Assembly: GCA_049967655.1 (NCBI GenBank)
Contig: JBMFSH010000035.1
Coordinates: 1-25,993 of the forward strand
Source: Acidobacteriota bacterium
Lineage (GTDB): Bacteria; Acidobacteriota; UBA4820; DSQY01
Direction: 5' to 3'
Length of the DNA stretch: 25,993 bases
Every line of letters starts with the position of its first letter. Position 1 is the first letter of the stretch. The notes under the pieces were generated by a model. The model had not been told where the DNA came from. It made no database searches and saw nothing but the letters and a program-made list of their open reading frames with translations. Position numbers and translations under genes: made by a program. Shown here piece after piece: positions 7,651 through 16,674 of this stretch.

Positions 7651-10600
7651 ATGACGAAGAAACGGGTTCTCATCGTCGATTACGAGCCGAAACTTCTGGA
7701 CCGCTTGCAGTCGCAGCTGCCGGCGGACCAGTTCGAGGTGGCCACCGCGCAGGACGGCTTCGCCGCCCTCGAGGTCTTCGAGAGCTTCCATCCGGACCTG
7801 GTCTTCCTCCGGACCATGCTGCCCAAGAAGCACGGCTTCCAAGTCTGCCAGGAGATGGTCGAGCGCTCCGGCTCCCGTCGCGTCCCCATCGTCATGCACT
7901 GCAGCATCTACAAGAGCCGGAAGTACCGCAACGATGCCATGAAGATCTACGGCGCCGCCGAGTACCTGGAGGACCCCATCTCGCCGGAGACCCTCCAGAG
8001 CGTGATGAAGGAGCTGCTCGACAAACAGCCCTCGGCCCCCGCGCCCGCCGCTAAGGCGACCGGCCTGCCCGATCTGGCCATGCCGAGTCCTTCCAAGGCC
8101 TCCAAGCCCAAGGGTAGCACCGGCTTCGACGTGGACAAGACCATCGAGGATACGCTCTCGGGCATCAACTTGGGGCTGAAAAAGAGCAAAAAACCGTCGA
8201 TGGAAGAGACAGTTCCCATCGGCGATTTTTCCTCCCCCGAGCCTCCTCCTCCGCCGCCGCCCGCCGCCCCTCCTCCCGAGGCTCCTCAGGTGGGCGAACA
8301 GGGGGTCACGTCGGAGGAGCTCTTCGGGGAGGTGATCCACGATGTGATCGAGCCGGGCCAGGCTTCGCAGCCCTCTGCGGCGGAGTCGTCTTCCACCGCC
8401 GGAGCCCCGGCCGCCGCGCCCCCCCCTCCGCCCCTGCAGGCCAGCACCGCCCCGCCGCGAAGGATGCCCGTGGTGGACGTGAACGCGGCCCTCGGAGAGC
8501 GCTTGCTGACCGCTCCGAAGGGCGAAGATACGGCGGTTCGCCGCCTGAAAGCGAGGAGCCAGTCCGAGCTAGACCGGAAGCTGGAGGAGACCCTCTCCGG
8601 CGTGAAACTGGGAGCCAGGGAGGGAATCCGGCCCACTCCGCCCGCTCCTGCGCCCGTCGAGGCCAAGGCCGCTCCGGTGGCTCCTGTGCCCGCCCCCGAA
8701 TCTCTCCGGGAGGAGGCGAAGCCCGCGCCCACTCCCGAGGCGGCCAAGACGGCCGCGCCCGAACCGCCGAAAGAAAAGGCGGCCGCTGGCGAGGAGGGGA
8801 TTCCTTACGGCCAGTACATGCTCATGGAGAGGATCGCCGTCGGCGGGATGGCCGAGCTCTTCAAGGCCCGCCAGAACGGGCTGGAAGGCTTCAAGCGGAT
8901 CGTGGCCATCAAGCGCATCCTGCCGCACCTGGCCGCCAACCAGGAGTTCGTCACCATGTTCATCGACGAAGCCAAGCTGGCGGCCCAGCTGAACCATCCC
9001 AACATCGGCCACATCTACGACCTGGGCAAGCTGGAGGACTCCTACTTCATCGCCATGGAGTACGTGGAGGGCAAGGACCTGCGGGCCATCATGAGGGAGA
9101 TCGAGGAGCGCAAGCGCCTCATGCCCATCCGCGTGGCCACCTTCATCGCCCAGAAGGTCTGCTCCGCCCTTCAGTACGCGCACCAGGCGAGGGACATGGA
9201 CGGAAAGCCCATGGACATCGTGCACCGAGACGTCTCTCCCCAGAACATCATCATCTCCACGAGCGGAGAGGTGAAGCTCGTGGACTTTGGCATCGCCAAG
9301 GCCGCCTCCAAGGCCAGCCACACGGTCTCCGGAGCGCTCAAGGGCAAGCTGCTCTACATGTCGCCCGAGCAGGCCTGGGGCAAAACCGTGGATCGGCGCG
9401 GGGACATCTTCTCCCTGGGCATCGTCATGGCCGAGATGCTCACGGGAAAGAAGCTCTTCTACGGCGATTCGGAGATGTCCATCCTTGAAAAGGTTCGGGA
9501 AGCCAAGGTGGTGCCGCCCAAGGAGAGCCGCCCGGAGGTCCCCGACGCCCTCCAGCGGATCATCCTCAGGGCCCTCCAGCGCGACCCCGAGCGCCGCTAC
9601 CGGGACTGCAAGGCGATGCAGGCCGAGCTCGAGAAGTTCGCCTACGGCGAATGGGAGACGCTGCCCTCCGCCTACGACGCGGCGGCCTTCCTCACCGACA
9701 TTTTCCCGGAGGTCTACAGGCGCGAGATCCTGGAGGTCCTCAAGAGGGAGCCGGAGGAGACCGCGGAAGCGGCCGCCGACGGAGGTGCCGAGGCTGCGGA
9801 GAAGGCCGAGGCCGCCGCCAGGGCCAAGGCGCCCAAGTCCGAGCGAGGGAAGTACGCGCCCGGAAAAAAGGAGCGGGCCAGGTCCGCCGAGCAACAAGCT
9901 CCGCCCGAGGCCGCCAAGCCGGCCGCCTCCAAGCCTGTGGTACCGGCCCCGGCTCCCAAGCCGGCTCCACCGCCGCCGCCTCCTCCTCCAACTCCGCCTC
10001 CGGCCCCCAAGCAGGAGGAGCGGGCGCCCGAGATGTTCGGTAGCATGGTGGAAGAGAAGTCCGGAAAGAAAAACCTGCTCCTCTTCGGCGGCATCGCGGC
10101 CGCCCTTCTGGTCGTCGCGGTGGTGGCCCTCTTCGTGATAACGGGGAAGAAAAAGCCCGCCGAGGCGTCCCCCTCCCCGCCTGCCGCCCCTCCCGCCGCC
10201 GCGGCCACGTCGGCGCAGACGGCGACCAAGCCGGTGGAGGTTCCGCCTCCGGTCATCGAGGCACCCAAGCCGGCGCCGCCGCCAGCCGCCGCTCCTCCCG
10301 CGACGGACGCCCAGCTCGCCAGCGCCAAGCGGTCGGCCACGAGGACCCTCGGCGAGCTCGCGAATGGGATCGCCGCGCTGGAGAAGGGCAACGCCGCCAA
10401 GTATGCCGCGGCCTCGCTGGATTCCCTCAAGAGGAGCCAGGCGAACCTGTCGGATTCGCTGAGGCGGGCCAAGACCGTGGAGGAGTACCAGGCGGTCCAG
10501 GAGGGCGGCCAGAAGGCGCTGCCGCTCATCAACCAGGTGAGGGACCAGGTCAACCAGGCCAAGGCGGCGGAGGCGGTTCAGGCCGCCGAGGCCGCCCAGA

Positions 10601-11007
10601 AGGCCGAGCAGGAGCAGGCCGCCCAGAAGGCCGCCGAAGCCGCCCAGAAGGCCCAGGAGGCGGCCAAGACCCAGCCGGCGGCCTCCGCCAGCAAGGTCAA
10701 GGCCGGCGACTTCGTGCAGCTCTGGGCGGTGGACGTGAAGCCTCGGATCGTCAATTCGATCCAGGCGCAGTACACCTCCTTGGCCCGCGCCAACCGGGTG
10801 CAGGGCACCATCTATGTTCAGGCGCAGATCGACGAAACGGGTAGGGTAACCAGCGCGCAGGTGGTACGCGGCCCTCAGCCCGACTACGGGCTGGACGAAG
10901 AGTGCGTGAAGGCGGCCCTGAAATCCCGGTATTCCCCCGCGATCAAAGACGGCGTTCCCGTGAAGACGTCCATTACCTATCCGGTGGTGTTCAAGATCGG
11001 CCAGTAG
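7651..11007 (+). CDS. Fusion protein (1118 aa): pseudo-receiver, Pro-rich linker, Ser/Thr protein kinase, TM helix, Pro/Ala-rich TolA-like stalk, TonB C-terminal domain
   Basis: REC fold KRVLIVDYE...PDLVFLRTMLP...YLEDP. Kinase IAVGGMAELFKA, VAIKRI, HRDVSPQN, DFGIAK, YMSPEQ (~8815-9640). TM LLLFGGIAAALLVVAVVALFVI (~10075-10140). TonB_C YTSLARANRVQGTIYVQAQIDETGRV...YSPAIKDGVPV...VVFKI. Confidence 0.9.
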   Translation: MTKKRVLIVDYEPKLLDRLQSQLPADQFEVATAQDGFAALEVFESFHPDLVFLRTMLPKKHGFQVCQEMVERSGSRRVPIVMHCSIYKSRKYRNDAMKIYGAAEYLEDPISPETLQSVMKELLDKQPSAPAPAAKATGLPDLAMPSPSKASKPKGSTGFDVDKTIEDTLSGINLGLKKSKKPSMEETVPIGDFSSPEPPPPPPPAAPPPEAPQVGEQGVTSEELFGEVIHDVIEPGQASQPSAAESSSTAGAPAAAPPPPPLQASTAPPRRMPVVDVNAALGERLLTAPKGEDTAVRRLKARSQSELDRKLEETLSGVKLGAREGIRPTPPAPAPVEAKAAPVAPVPAPESLREEAKPAPTPEAAKTAAPEPPKEKAAAGEEGIPYGQYMLMERIAVGGMAELFKARQNGLEGFKRIVAIKRILPHLAANQEFVTMFIDEAKLAAQLNHPNIGHIYDLGKLEDSYFIAMEYVEGKDLRAIMREIEERKRLMPIRVATFIAQKVCSALQYAHQARDMDGKPMDIVHRDVSPQNIIISTSGEVKLVDFGIAKAASKASHTVSGALKGKLLYMSPEQAWGKTVDRRGDIFSLGIVMAEMLTGKKLFYGDSEMSILEKVREAKVVPPKESRPEVPDALQRIILRALQRDPERRYRDCKAMQAELEKFAYGEWETLPSAYDAAAFLTDIFPEVYRREILEVLKREPEETAEAAADGGAEAAEKAEAAARAKAPKSERGKYAPGKKERARSAEQQAPPEAAKPAASKPVVPAPAPKPAPPPPPPPPTPPPAPKQEERAPEMFGSMVEEKSGKKNLLLFGGIAAALLVVAVVALFVITGKKKPAEASPSPPAAPPAAAATSAQTATKPVEVPPPVIEAPKPAPPPAAAPPATDAQLASAKRSATRTLGELANGIAALEKGNAAKYAAASLDSLKRSQANLSDSLRRAKTVEEYQAVQEGGQKALPLINQVRDQVNQAKAAEAVQAAEAAQKAEQEQAAQKAAEAAQKAQEAAKTQPAASASKVKAGDFVQLWAVDVKPRIVNSIQAQYTSLARANRVQGTIYVQAQIDETGRVTSAQVVRGPQPDYGLDEECVKAALKSRYSPAIKDGVPVKTSITYPVVFKIGQ

Positions 11008-11026
11008 TAGCGAGAAGGAGGCGGCT

Positions 11027-11251
11027 GTGGCGAGTACGCTCACCGAAAAGCAGAAGAAGTTCTATGAAGACGCCCATAGGCAGACGAAGGAAGAGATCAA
11101 GGAGATCGACGCCTCCATCGAAGAGGAGCTGGCCAAGGTGAAGGAGCGGCTCGCCCAGCTTCAGGAAGCAAAGAAGGCGGCCCTCCAGATGCACTCGGCG
11201 GCCTGCATGCGGCTCGGCCTGAAGAACGAGTTCGAGGAGGAGAGCGAGTAG
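11027..11251 (+). CDS. Small charged coiled-coil protein (74 aa), unknown function
   Basis: AAGGAGG RBS before GTG 11027; host-like codon usage; heptad-like EIKEIDASIEEELAKVKERLAQLQEAK. Confidence 0.85.
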   Translation: MASTLTEKQKKFYEDAHRQTKEEIKEIDASIEEELAKVKERLAQLQEAKKAALQMHSAACMRLGLKNEFEEESE

Positions 11252-11266
11252 TTTTTTCCCCGCAGC

Positions 11267-11433
11267 CATCCAAGGTGCCCCTACCGGGGTGAAAAGGGAA
11301 GGCCGTGAAATTCGGCCGCGGCCCCGCCACTGTGAGCGGCGACGAAAGCGGCGATGAGCCACTGCCTCGGAAGAGAGGCGGGAAGGCGCCGTCAGTAGGA
11401 TGACCCGCAAGCCAGGAGACCTGCCTGAGGATG
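11267..11433 (+). ncRNA. Cobalamin (B12) riboswitch
   Basis: AGGTGC...AAAAGGGAA-GGCCGTGAAATTCGGCC-GCGGCCCCGCCACTGTGA...GCCACTG...GGGAAGGC...AAGCCAGGAGACCTGCC (B12 box), closed by CATCC/GGATG; lies upstream of a btu transport operon. Confidence 0.95.
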
Positions 11434-11508
11434 CCCGATTGGGTGCCCCCTCGTGGGAGGGGAACCGAACCGTGCGCCCCCGGAAGCCCCGGTCTATCGG
11501 AGGGTTTC

Positions 11509-12450
11509 GTGAGGCGCATTCGGCTTTCTAAGGCATCCACCTCCAGCTCCGCGGCCGTGCGGAGGGCCCTCGCGCCCGTCTGGTTTCAGGCCGCCTTGCC
11601 GGCGGGGCACCTCCTCCTCGTATCCTTCATCGTCCTCTCACTTCCATTTCTCGCGAGCTGCGGTGGAGGCCCCGTCGCCGCCCGGCCGGCGGCGCACGGC
11701 CGCTGGGTCAGCCTGTCGCCGAGCATGACGGAGGTCCTCTTCGCGGTGGGGGCCGGCCCCGAGGTGGCGGGCGTCTGCGCACCCGCGAGCTACCCGCCCG
11801 AGGCTCGAGTCCTTCCCACGGTGGCCTCCTGGGACCGGGTGGACGTGGAGGCGATCCTGGCCCTGCATCCCCGGGCCTGCTTCACGGTGGAGGGGATGCA
11901 GAGCCCCGAGGTGCTGGCCACGCTGAGGCGGCTGGGAGTGCCGGTCTTCGTCTACCCCATGCGGAACTTGGAGGATCTCTGGCGGTGCATGACGGACGTG
12001 GGAGAGCGGACCGGCCACGGGAGGGAGGCCGGAGACCTGGTGAGCGCCCTCCAGGCGCGGGTGCGCGCCGCCTCTCCGGCGGGCGGTGAAGCGAGGCTGA
12101 GTGCGGTCGTCGTCGTGGGGCTGGATCCGCTGGTGGCCGCCGGGCACGGCTCCTTTTTGGACGGGGTTCTCCGGGCGGCCGGGTACGCGAACGCGCTCGG
12201 CGCCGTGGCGGAGAGCTATCCGGCCCTCTCCGTGGAGCGGGTGGCCGAGGCGGAGCCGGAGGTCCTCATCATGCCCCAGGGGGAGATCCCCGCCGGTCTC
12301 GGAAAGGCCTTCGCGGCGCGGCTGCGAAAGCTGGAGGGCAAGCCCGTCCGCGAGGTCTGGGTGCCGGCCGACCTCCTCGTGCGCCCGGGGCCTCGGACCG
12401 TGGAGGCCATCGAGGCGCTGGCCGCGGCCCGTCGGGGGGTGGCGCCGTGA
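11509..12450 (+). CDS. btuF: Cobalamin ABC transporter substrate-binding lipoprotein (helical-backbone family)
   Basis: Lipobox-like FLASC; RWVSLSPSMTEVLFAVGAG; DVEAILALHP; LLVRPGPR. Start inferred at GTG 11509 after GGAGGG, because ATG 11431 lies within the riboswitch; the exact start is uncertain. Confidence 0.85.
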   Translation: MRRIRLSKASTSSSAAVRRALAPVWFQAALPAGHLLLVSFIVLSLPFLASCGGGPVAARPAAHGRWVSLSPSMTEVLFAVGAGPEVAGVCAPASYPPEARVLPTVASWDRVDVEAILALHPRACFTVEGMQSPEVLATLRRLGVPVFVYPMRNLEDLWRCMTDVGERTGHGREAGDLVSALQARVRAASPAGGEARLSAVVVVGLDPLVAAGHGSFLDGVLRAAGYANALGAVAESYPALSVERVAEAEPEVLIMPQGEIPAGLGKAFAARLRKLEGKPVREVWVPADLLVRPGPRTVEAIEALAAARRGVAP

Positions 12451-13409
12451 GGGCCCGCGAGGGCTGGGCCCTGGGCCTGGCCGCCGCCTGCGCGGCGGGG
12501 ACCTTTGCCGCGGCCATGACCCTGGGCCTGCCCGGGACGGCCGGGGGTTTGGCCGGGCGGATCCTCTGGTCGGTTCGCCTGCCGGAGGCGCTCACGGCGC
12601 TCATCGTGGGAGGCGGGCTGGGCCTGTCCGGGCTCCTGTTCCAGCTCGTGCTCCGGAACCCGCTCGCGGACCCGTACGTGCTGGGCGTGGCGGGGGGCTC
12701 GACCTTCGCCGCCGTGGCCGCCACGCTCTTCCTCGGCACGGCCGCCGCCGGCGGGGGCATGGCGCTGCGGGGGGCCGCGGCCCTGGCGGGTGGACTGCTC
12801 ACCCTGGCCGGGCTCATGAAGCTGGCCGGCGGCAAGCCGGAGACCCTCCTGCTGGGCGGCGTCGTGGCCAACACGGCCTTCGCGGCGGGCGCGCGGATGC
12901 TCACCGTATGGCTCTCGCCCGAGCAGCTTGCCTACGTGACGACCTTCCTCGTCGGTTTCATCCCCACCCCGCCCGCGGCCGTTCCTCTCCTGCTGGGCAT
13001 TCCCTGCCTCTACACGCTGGCCCGGTTCATGCCCCGGGGCAGGGGGCTGGACCTCCTGCTCCTCTCGGACGACGAGGCGCTCGCCACGGGGCTGGAGGTG
13101 GAGCGGGTGCGCCGCGAGGCCCTCCTGCTGGCCACCGTTCTGGCCGCCGCGGCGGTCACGCTCTGCGGCATGCTCGGCTTCGTAGGCCTCGTGGTGCCGC
13201 ACCTGGCCCGCCTGACCGCCGGCCGCCGCCACCGCGTCCTGGTGCCCGCCTCCTTCCTGCTGGGCGCCGCCTTCCTCCTGGCGGCGCTCACCGCGGGGAA
13301 GCTCCTCGGAGGCTCCTGGCTGGCGCCGGTCGGTGTTTACACCAGCCTGGTGGGGGCTCCCGTCTTCCTGGTCCTGCTCGTGCGCTCCAGCCGGAGGGAG
13401 CTGCCGTGA
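12447..13409 (+). CDS. btuC: Cobalamin/iron-chelate ABC permease (FecCD family)
   Basis: VRLPEAL; LRNPLADPYVLGVAGG; DEALATGLEV; GMLGFVGLVVPHLAR; PVGVYTSLVGAPVF. GTGA overlap with btuF. Confidence 0.9.
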   Translation: MRAREGWALGLAAACAAGTFAAAMTLGLPGTAGGLAGRILWSVRLPEALTALIVGGGLGLSGLLFQLVLRNPLADPYVLGVAGGSTFAAVAATLFLGTAAAGGGMALRGAAALAGGLLTLAGLMKLAGGKPETLLLGGVVANTAFAAGARMLTVWLSPEQLAYVTTFLVGFIPTPPAAVPLLLGIPCLYTLARFMPRGRGLDLLLLSDDEALATGLEVERVRREALLLATVLAAAAVTLCGMLGFVGLVVPHLARLTAGRRHRVLVPASFLLGAAFLLAALTAGKLLGGSWLAPVGVYTSLVGAPVFLVLLVRSSRRELP

Positions 13410-14245
13410 TCAAGCTGAGAAAGGTCCACTTCGCCTATCCGGGAGCGCATCGGCTGCTGAAGGGCGCCGACCTGGAGGTCGGGCCGGGGGAGGTGGTGGC
13501 CCTGGCGGGCCCCAACGGGGCTGGAAAGAGCACCCTCCTGCGCATCGCCGCGGGCCTTCTGGCGCCCTCGGAGGGAGAGGCCCTCCTGGACGGACGGCCC
13601 GTCGAGAGCTGGTCGCGGGTCGCGAGGGCCAAGCGGCTCGCCTACGTGGCCCAGAGCCCCAAGACGCCGGAGGAGTGGCGGGTGAGCGAGATCGTGGAGC
13701 TGGGCGACTACCCGCACCGCGAGCAGCCGCCGGCGCCCAGGCCGCTGGCCGTTCGGCTGGAGGAGGTCCAAAGGAGGCTGGGCCTGGCCCCGGTCTGGGA
13801 CCGGCGGGCCGACAGCCTGAGCGGCGGCGAAGCTCAGAAGGTCTCCCTCGCGCGGGCGCTGGTCCAGGACACTTTGAACCTCGTTCTGGACGAGCCGGCG
13901 AGCCACCTGGACCTGGCCAACCAGATGGTTCTCTTCCGGAGCCTCCGTGAGCTGGCCGCCCAGGGGCGCTCGGTCCTCCTGGCCACGCACGACGTGAACC
14001 TCTCGCGCCTCTTCGGGCAGAGGCTCGTCCTGCTCAACGGCGAGGGGATCGTGAAGCCGATGCCGGAGGGAGCCGAGGAGCAGGGGCGGTTGCTGCACCA
14101 GGCCTTCGGCGTCGCCTTCAGGCCCGTGGAGCTCTCGGGGACACTCTGCTGGTTTCCCGATCCGCGCGGGGAGAGGCCGGCCGCGCAGGAGCGGCACGCG
14201 GCCGAAGGCGAGGAGGGCGGGCCGGCGGGGCCCGGCGGGAAATGA
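13406..14245 (+). CDS. btuD: Cobalamin/iron-chelate ABC ATPase
   Basis: GTG 13406 overlaps the btuC stop; Walker A GPNGAGKST; LSGGE; LVLDEPASHLD; ATHD. Confidence 0.9.
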   Translation: MIKLRKVHFAYPGAHRLLKGADLEVGPGEVVALAGPNGAGKSTLLRIAAGLLAPSEGEALLDGRPVESWSRVARAKRLAYVAQSPKTPEEWRVSEIVELGDYPHREQPPAPRPLAVRLEEVQRRLGLAPVWDRRADSLSGGEAQKVSLARALVQDTLNLVLDEPASHLDLANQMVLFRSLRELAAQGRSVLLATHDVNLSRLFGQRLVLLNGEGIVKPMPEGAEEQGRLLHQAFGVAFRPVELSGTLCWFPDPRGERPAAQERHAAEGEEGGPAGPGGK

Positions 14246-14366
14246 CCTCGAGATGGAGTCGGCGCGAGGATGCGCCTTTGCGTGGAAAGCGGCCCCCGGC
14301 TAGGGCCGATGAAGATGCGGACGGGGCCGGGCAGGGTCCGCACCCTTTGATGATGGGAGACGAAGG

Positions 14367-16376
14367 ATGAGAGCCAGAATCGTGGTGGCAGCTACCCTCC
14401 TCGCGGCGGCCCTGGTTACTCCAGTCGCCGCTCAGGAGGCCCAGAACCTCCTGGAGAACTACGGCACGGTCGTCACCGTTTACGGCGAGCGGATACCCGT
14501 GGAGGAGAGGCAGATTCTGAACACGGCGGCGGGCGTTACGGTCATCACTCGAGAGGCCATCCAGAAGATGGGGGCGACGACCGTCCAGCAGGTCCTGGAG
14601 AGCCTTCCGGGCGTGGTGCTGAACAACATCACGGGGAATCCCGTGGAGAGCAGTGCGGACCTCCGCGGCTTCGCCGATGGTACCAGCATGGCCGTCTTCC
14701 TGGACGGTGTCCGCCTGAACGACATCCAGGACAACAGCGTCCGCTGGGACCTCATCCCCATCGAGGACGTGGAGCGCATCGAGGTCTACCCGGGCGCCTC
14801 CGGACCCCTCTATGGCGGCGGCGCCCTGGCGGGCGTGGTCAACATTATTACGAGGCGGGACCCGGGCATCCCGCGACTCGATTTGAAGGGGGAGGCTGGC
14901 TCCTTCGACGCGCGCGAGGCGAGGACCCACGCCTCCGGCAGCTTCGGCCCGTGGGAGTTCTACGCCACCGCGACCCAGAGGCACGCCAAGGGCTGGCGCG
15001 AGAACGACGGCTACCGGCTCGACGACGGGCTCGTCCGCCTGAGCTACACGCCCGACAAAGCAAACCAGCTCGCCCTCCTCGTGAAGTACTCGGGAGGGGC
15101 GATCAGCGATCCCGGCTCGCTGACGGCCAAGGAGATGGCCCAGAATCCCCGCCAGGACCCCTACAACCGCTACGACGGGACCCGCGGCCGGGATTACCTG
15201 GCCAGCCTCCGCTACGCTTTCACCCCCGCCAGTGGATGGAGCTTCTCAGCCCAGGCTTACGGCCGCAAGCAGGACCGCGACACCCTCACCACCGGCCGCT
15301 ATGGCTCCGGCTTTCTCGGATCGGACCAGGAGGACCTCCAGGGACTTCTGGCGGACGCCAGCCGCACCTGGAAGCGGGGGCCCTGGAGCTTCGCAGCCTC
15401 TGGGGGAGCGGACCTCTCCTCGGGGACAGTGAGCGCGGACGGCTTCTATACCGACATCTACGGGCAGAACAAGCGCGCGGCGAGCCGGAACGACCTGAGC
15501 CAGCACAACTCGGGCGCCTACCTCCAGGGCGACCTGGGCTGGGGGAGCCTGCACCTCGTCGTGGGCGCGAGGACCGACCGGAGCGCCTACGGCTACTCGG
15601 ACCTCTTCAGCGCCCGGAACGACCAGGAGCGGGTCTTCAGGGAATCCACCTGGCGCTCGGGCCTGCTCTGGCACACGGGGCCGTGGTCCTCCCTCTTCCT
15701 GACCTACTCGGAGGGCTACCGCATCCCCTCCGTCGTGGAGCTCTTCGCCTACCCGGGCTTCTACTCCAATCCCGACCTGCGCTCCACCCGGGCCGGGGAT
15801 TGGGAGGGGGGATGGCGCTACCTCAAGGGGGGATGGCGCTTCAGCGTGACGGGCTTCCGCATGCACATGACCGACGAGGTGGTCTACGTGCTGACCCATC
15901 CCAAGCTCTTCATCGGCGAGAACATGAACGTGGGGCGCTCCACCCGCAAGGGCGTCGAGGCGGAGGCGCACATCCCCCTGCCGGCTGGCTTCGCCTTCCA
16001 CCTCACGGGCTCTTACCTGGAGAGCGAGGTGACGGCGGGGCCCTACGCGGGTCACCGCCTGCCCATGGTGCCCAGGGGCTCGGGTTCGGCGGGGCTCTCC
16101 TGGTCCAATCCGGACCTGAGCGTGGAGCTCTACGGCCACTGGGTCGGCCCGCAGCCGCTGGACAACGACCTGCTCAACCAACAGCCCGACCTGCCGGGCT
16201 ACTCCACGCTGGATTTAAGCGTGCGCTACGCCTTCCGCGCCGTGACGGTGCAGGGGACGGTCACCAACCTCCTCGACCGGCGCTTCGCCGACCGGGGGAT
16301 CACCAACGGCGCCACGAATTACTTCACCCCCGCCTATCCCCAGGCCGTAAGGTTCTCGTTCATGTGGAGCTTTTAG
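14367..16376 (+). CDS. btuB: TonB-dependent outer-membrane receptor, probably for cobalamin
   Basis: Signal peptide; TonB-box-like TVVTVYG; plug motifs VTVITREAI, LDGVRLN, IERIEV-type VERIEVYPG, LYGGGALAGVVNIITR; NLLDRRF; C-terminal Phe. Substrate inferred from the riboswitch. Confidence 0.88.
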   Translation: MRARIVVAATLLAAALVTPVAAQEAQNLLENYGTVVTVYGERIPVEERQILNTAAGVTVITREAIQKMGATTVQQVLESLPGVVLNNITGNPVESSADLRGFADGTSMAVFLDGVRLNDIQDNSVRWDLIPIEDVERIEVYPGASGPLYGGGALAGVVNIITRRDPGIPRLDLKGEAGSFDAREARTHASGSFGPWEFYATATQRHAKGWRENDGYRLDDGLVRLSYTPDKANQLALLVKYSGGAISDPGSLTAKEMAQNPRQDPYNRYDGTRGRDYLASLRYAFTPASGWSFSAQAYGRKQDRDTLTTGRYGSGFLGSDQEDLQGLLADASRTWKRGPWSFAASGGADLSSGTVSADGFYTDIYGQNKRAASRNDLSQHNSGAYLQGDLGWGSLHLVVGARTDRSAYGYSDLFSARNDQERVFRESTWRSGLLWHTGPWSSLFLTYSEGYRIPSVVELFAYPGFYSNPDLRSTRAGDWEGGWRYLKGGWRFSVTGFRMHMTDEVVYVLTHPKLFIGENMNVGRSTRKGVEAEAHIPLPAGFAFHLTGSYLESEVTAGPYAGHRLPMVPRGSGSAGLSWSNPDLSVELYGHWVGPQPLDNDLLNQQPDLPGYSTLDLSVRYAFRAVTVQGTVTNLLDRRFADRGITNGATNYFTPAYPQAVRFSFMWSF

Positions 16377-16573
16377 GGAGCGAGACGCGAGGAGGAATTC
16401 ACCGCGGAGGGCATGGAGAGCGCGGAGAAGGCTGAGACAGGAGCGCTCTCCCGAGGGCGACAAGGGCGCGCGAGGCGGGGCGCCCGTTGTTTCAAATTCC
16501 GTTTGGGCGTCATACCGTGGGAGGGGCCCCTAAGCGCGACATTCGATCGCGGAATCGGGGCCCGGGCTGCGGT

Positions 16574-16602
16574 TTGACGCTGCCGGGGGCGTGTGGTACA
16601 GT
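16574..16602 (+). promoter_or_regulatory. Sigma70-type promoter with extended -10
   Basis: TTGACG (16574-16579), 17-nt spacer, TGg-TACAGT (16597-16602). Confidence 0.7.
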
Positions 16603-16606
16603 TTGC

Positions 16607-16674
16607 TCCTCTGTCTTGATAGCGATTTCTGTCAGAGAGATCCATGCCGCAAGGCAGAGTCAAAGACGGGAGGA
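16607..16674 (+). ncRNA. Candidate structured RNA (three-way junction) in the 5' leader of the DUF4388 gene
   Basis: Outer stem TCCTCTGTCTTGA / TCAAAGACGGGAGGA; inner hairpins GATTTCT-gtcag-AGAGATC and TGCC-GCAA-GGCA (GNRA loop); begins at the predicted TSS. Confidence 0.45.

Noticed and set aside
8569..11043. Long antisense and alternate-frame ORFs (e.g. 8569-11043, 6167-7573, 16732-18255, 18376-19914, 14951-16435)
   Set aside because: They are shadows of well-supported genes in high-GC DNA, with Arg/Gly/Pro-rich or mirror-codon composition and no motifs.
12101..13405. N-terminal extension of the 714-aa ORF
   Set aside because: It is an off-frame overlap of btuF/btuC. The ATPase begins at GTG 13406.
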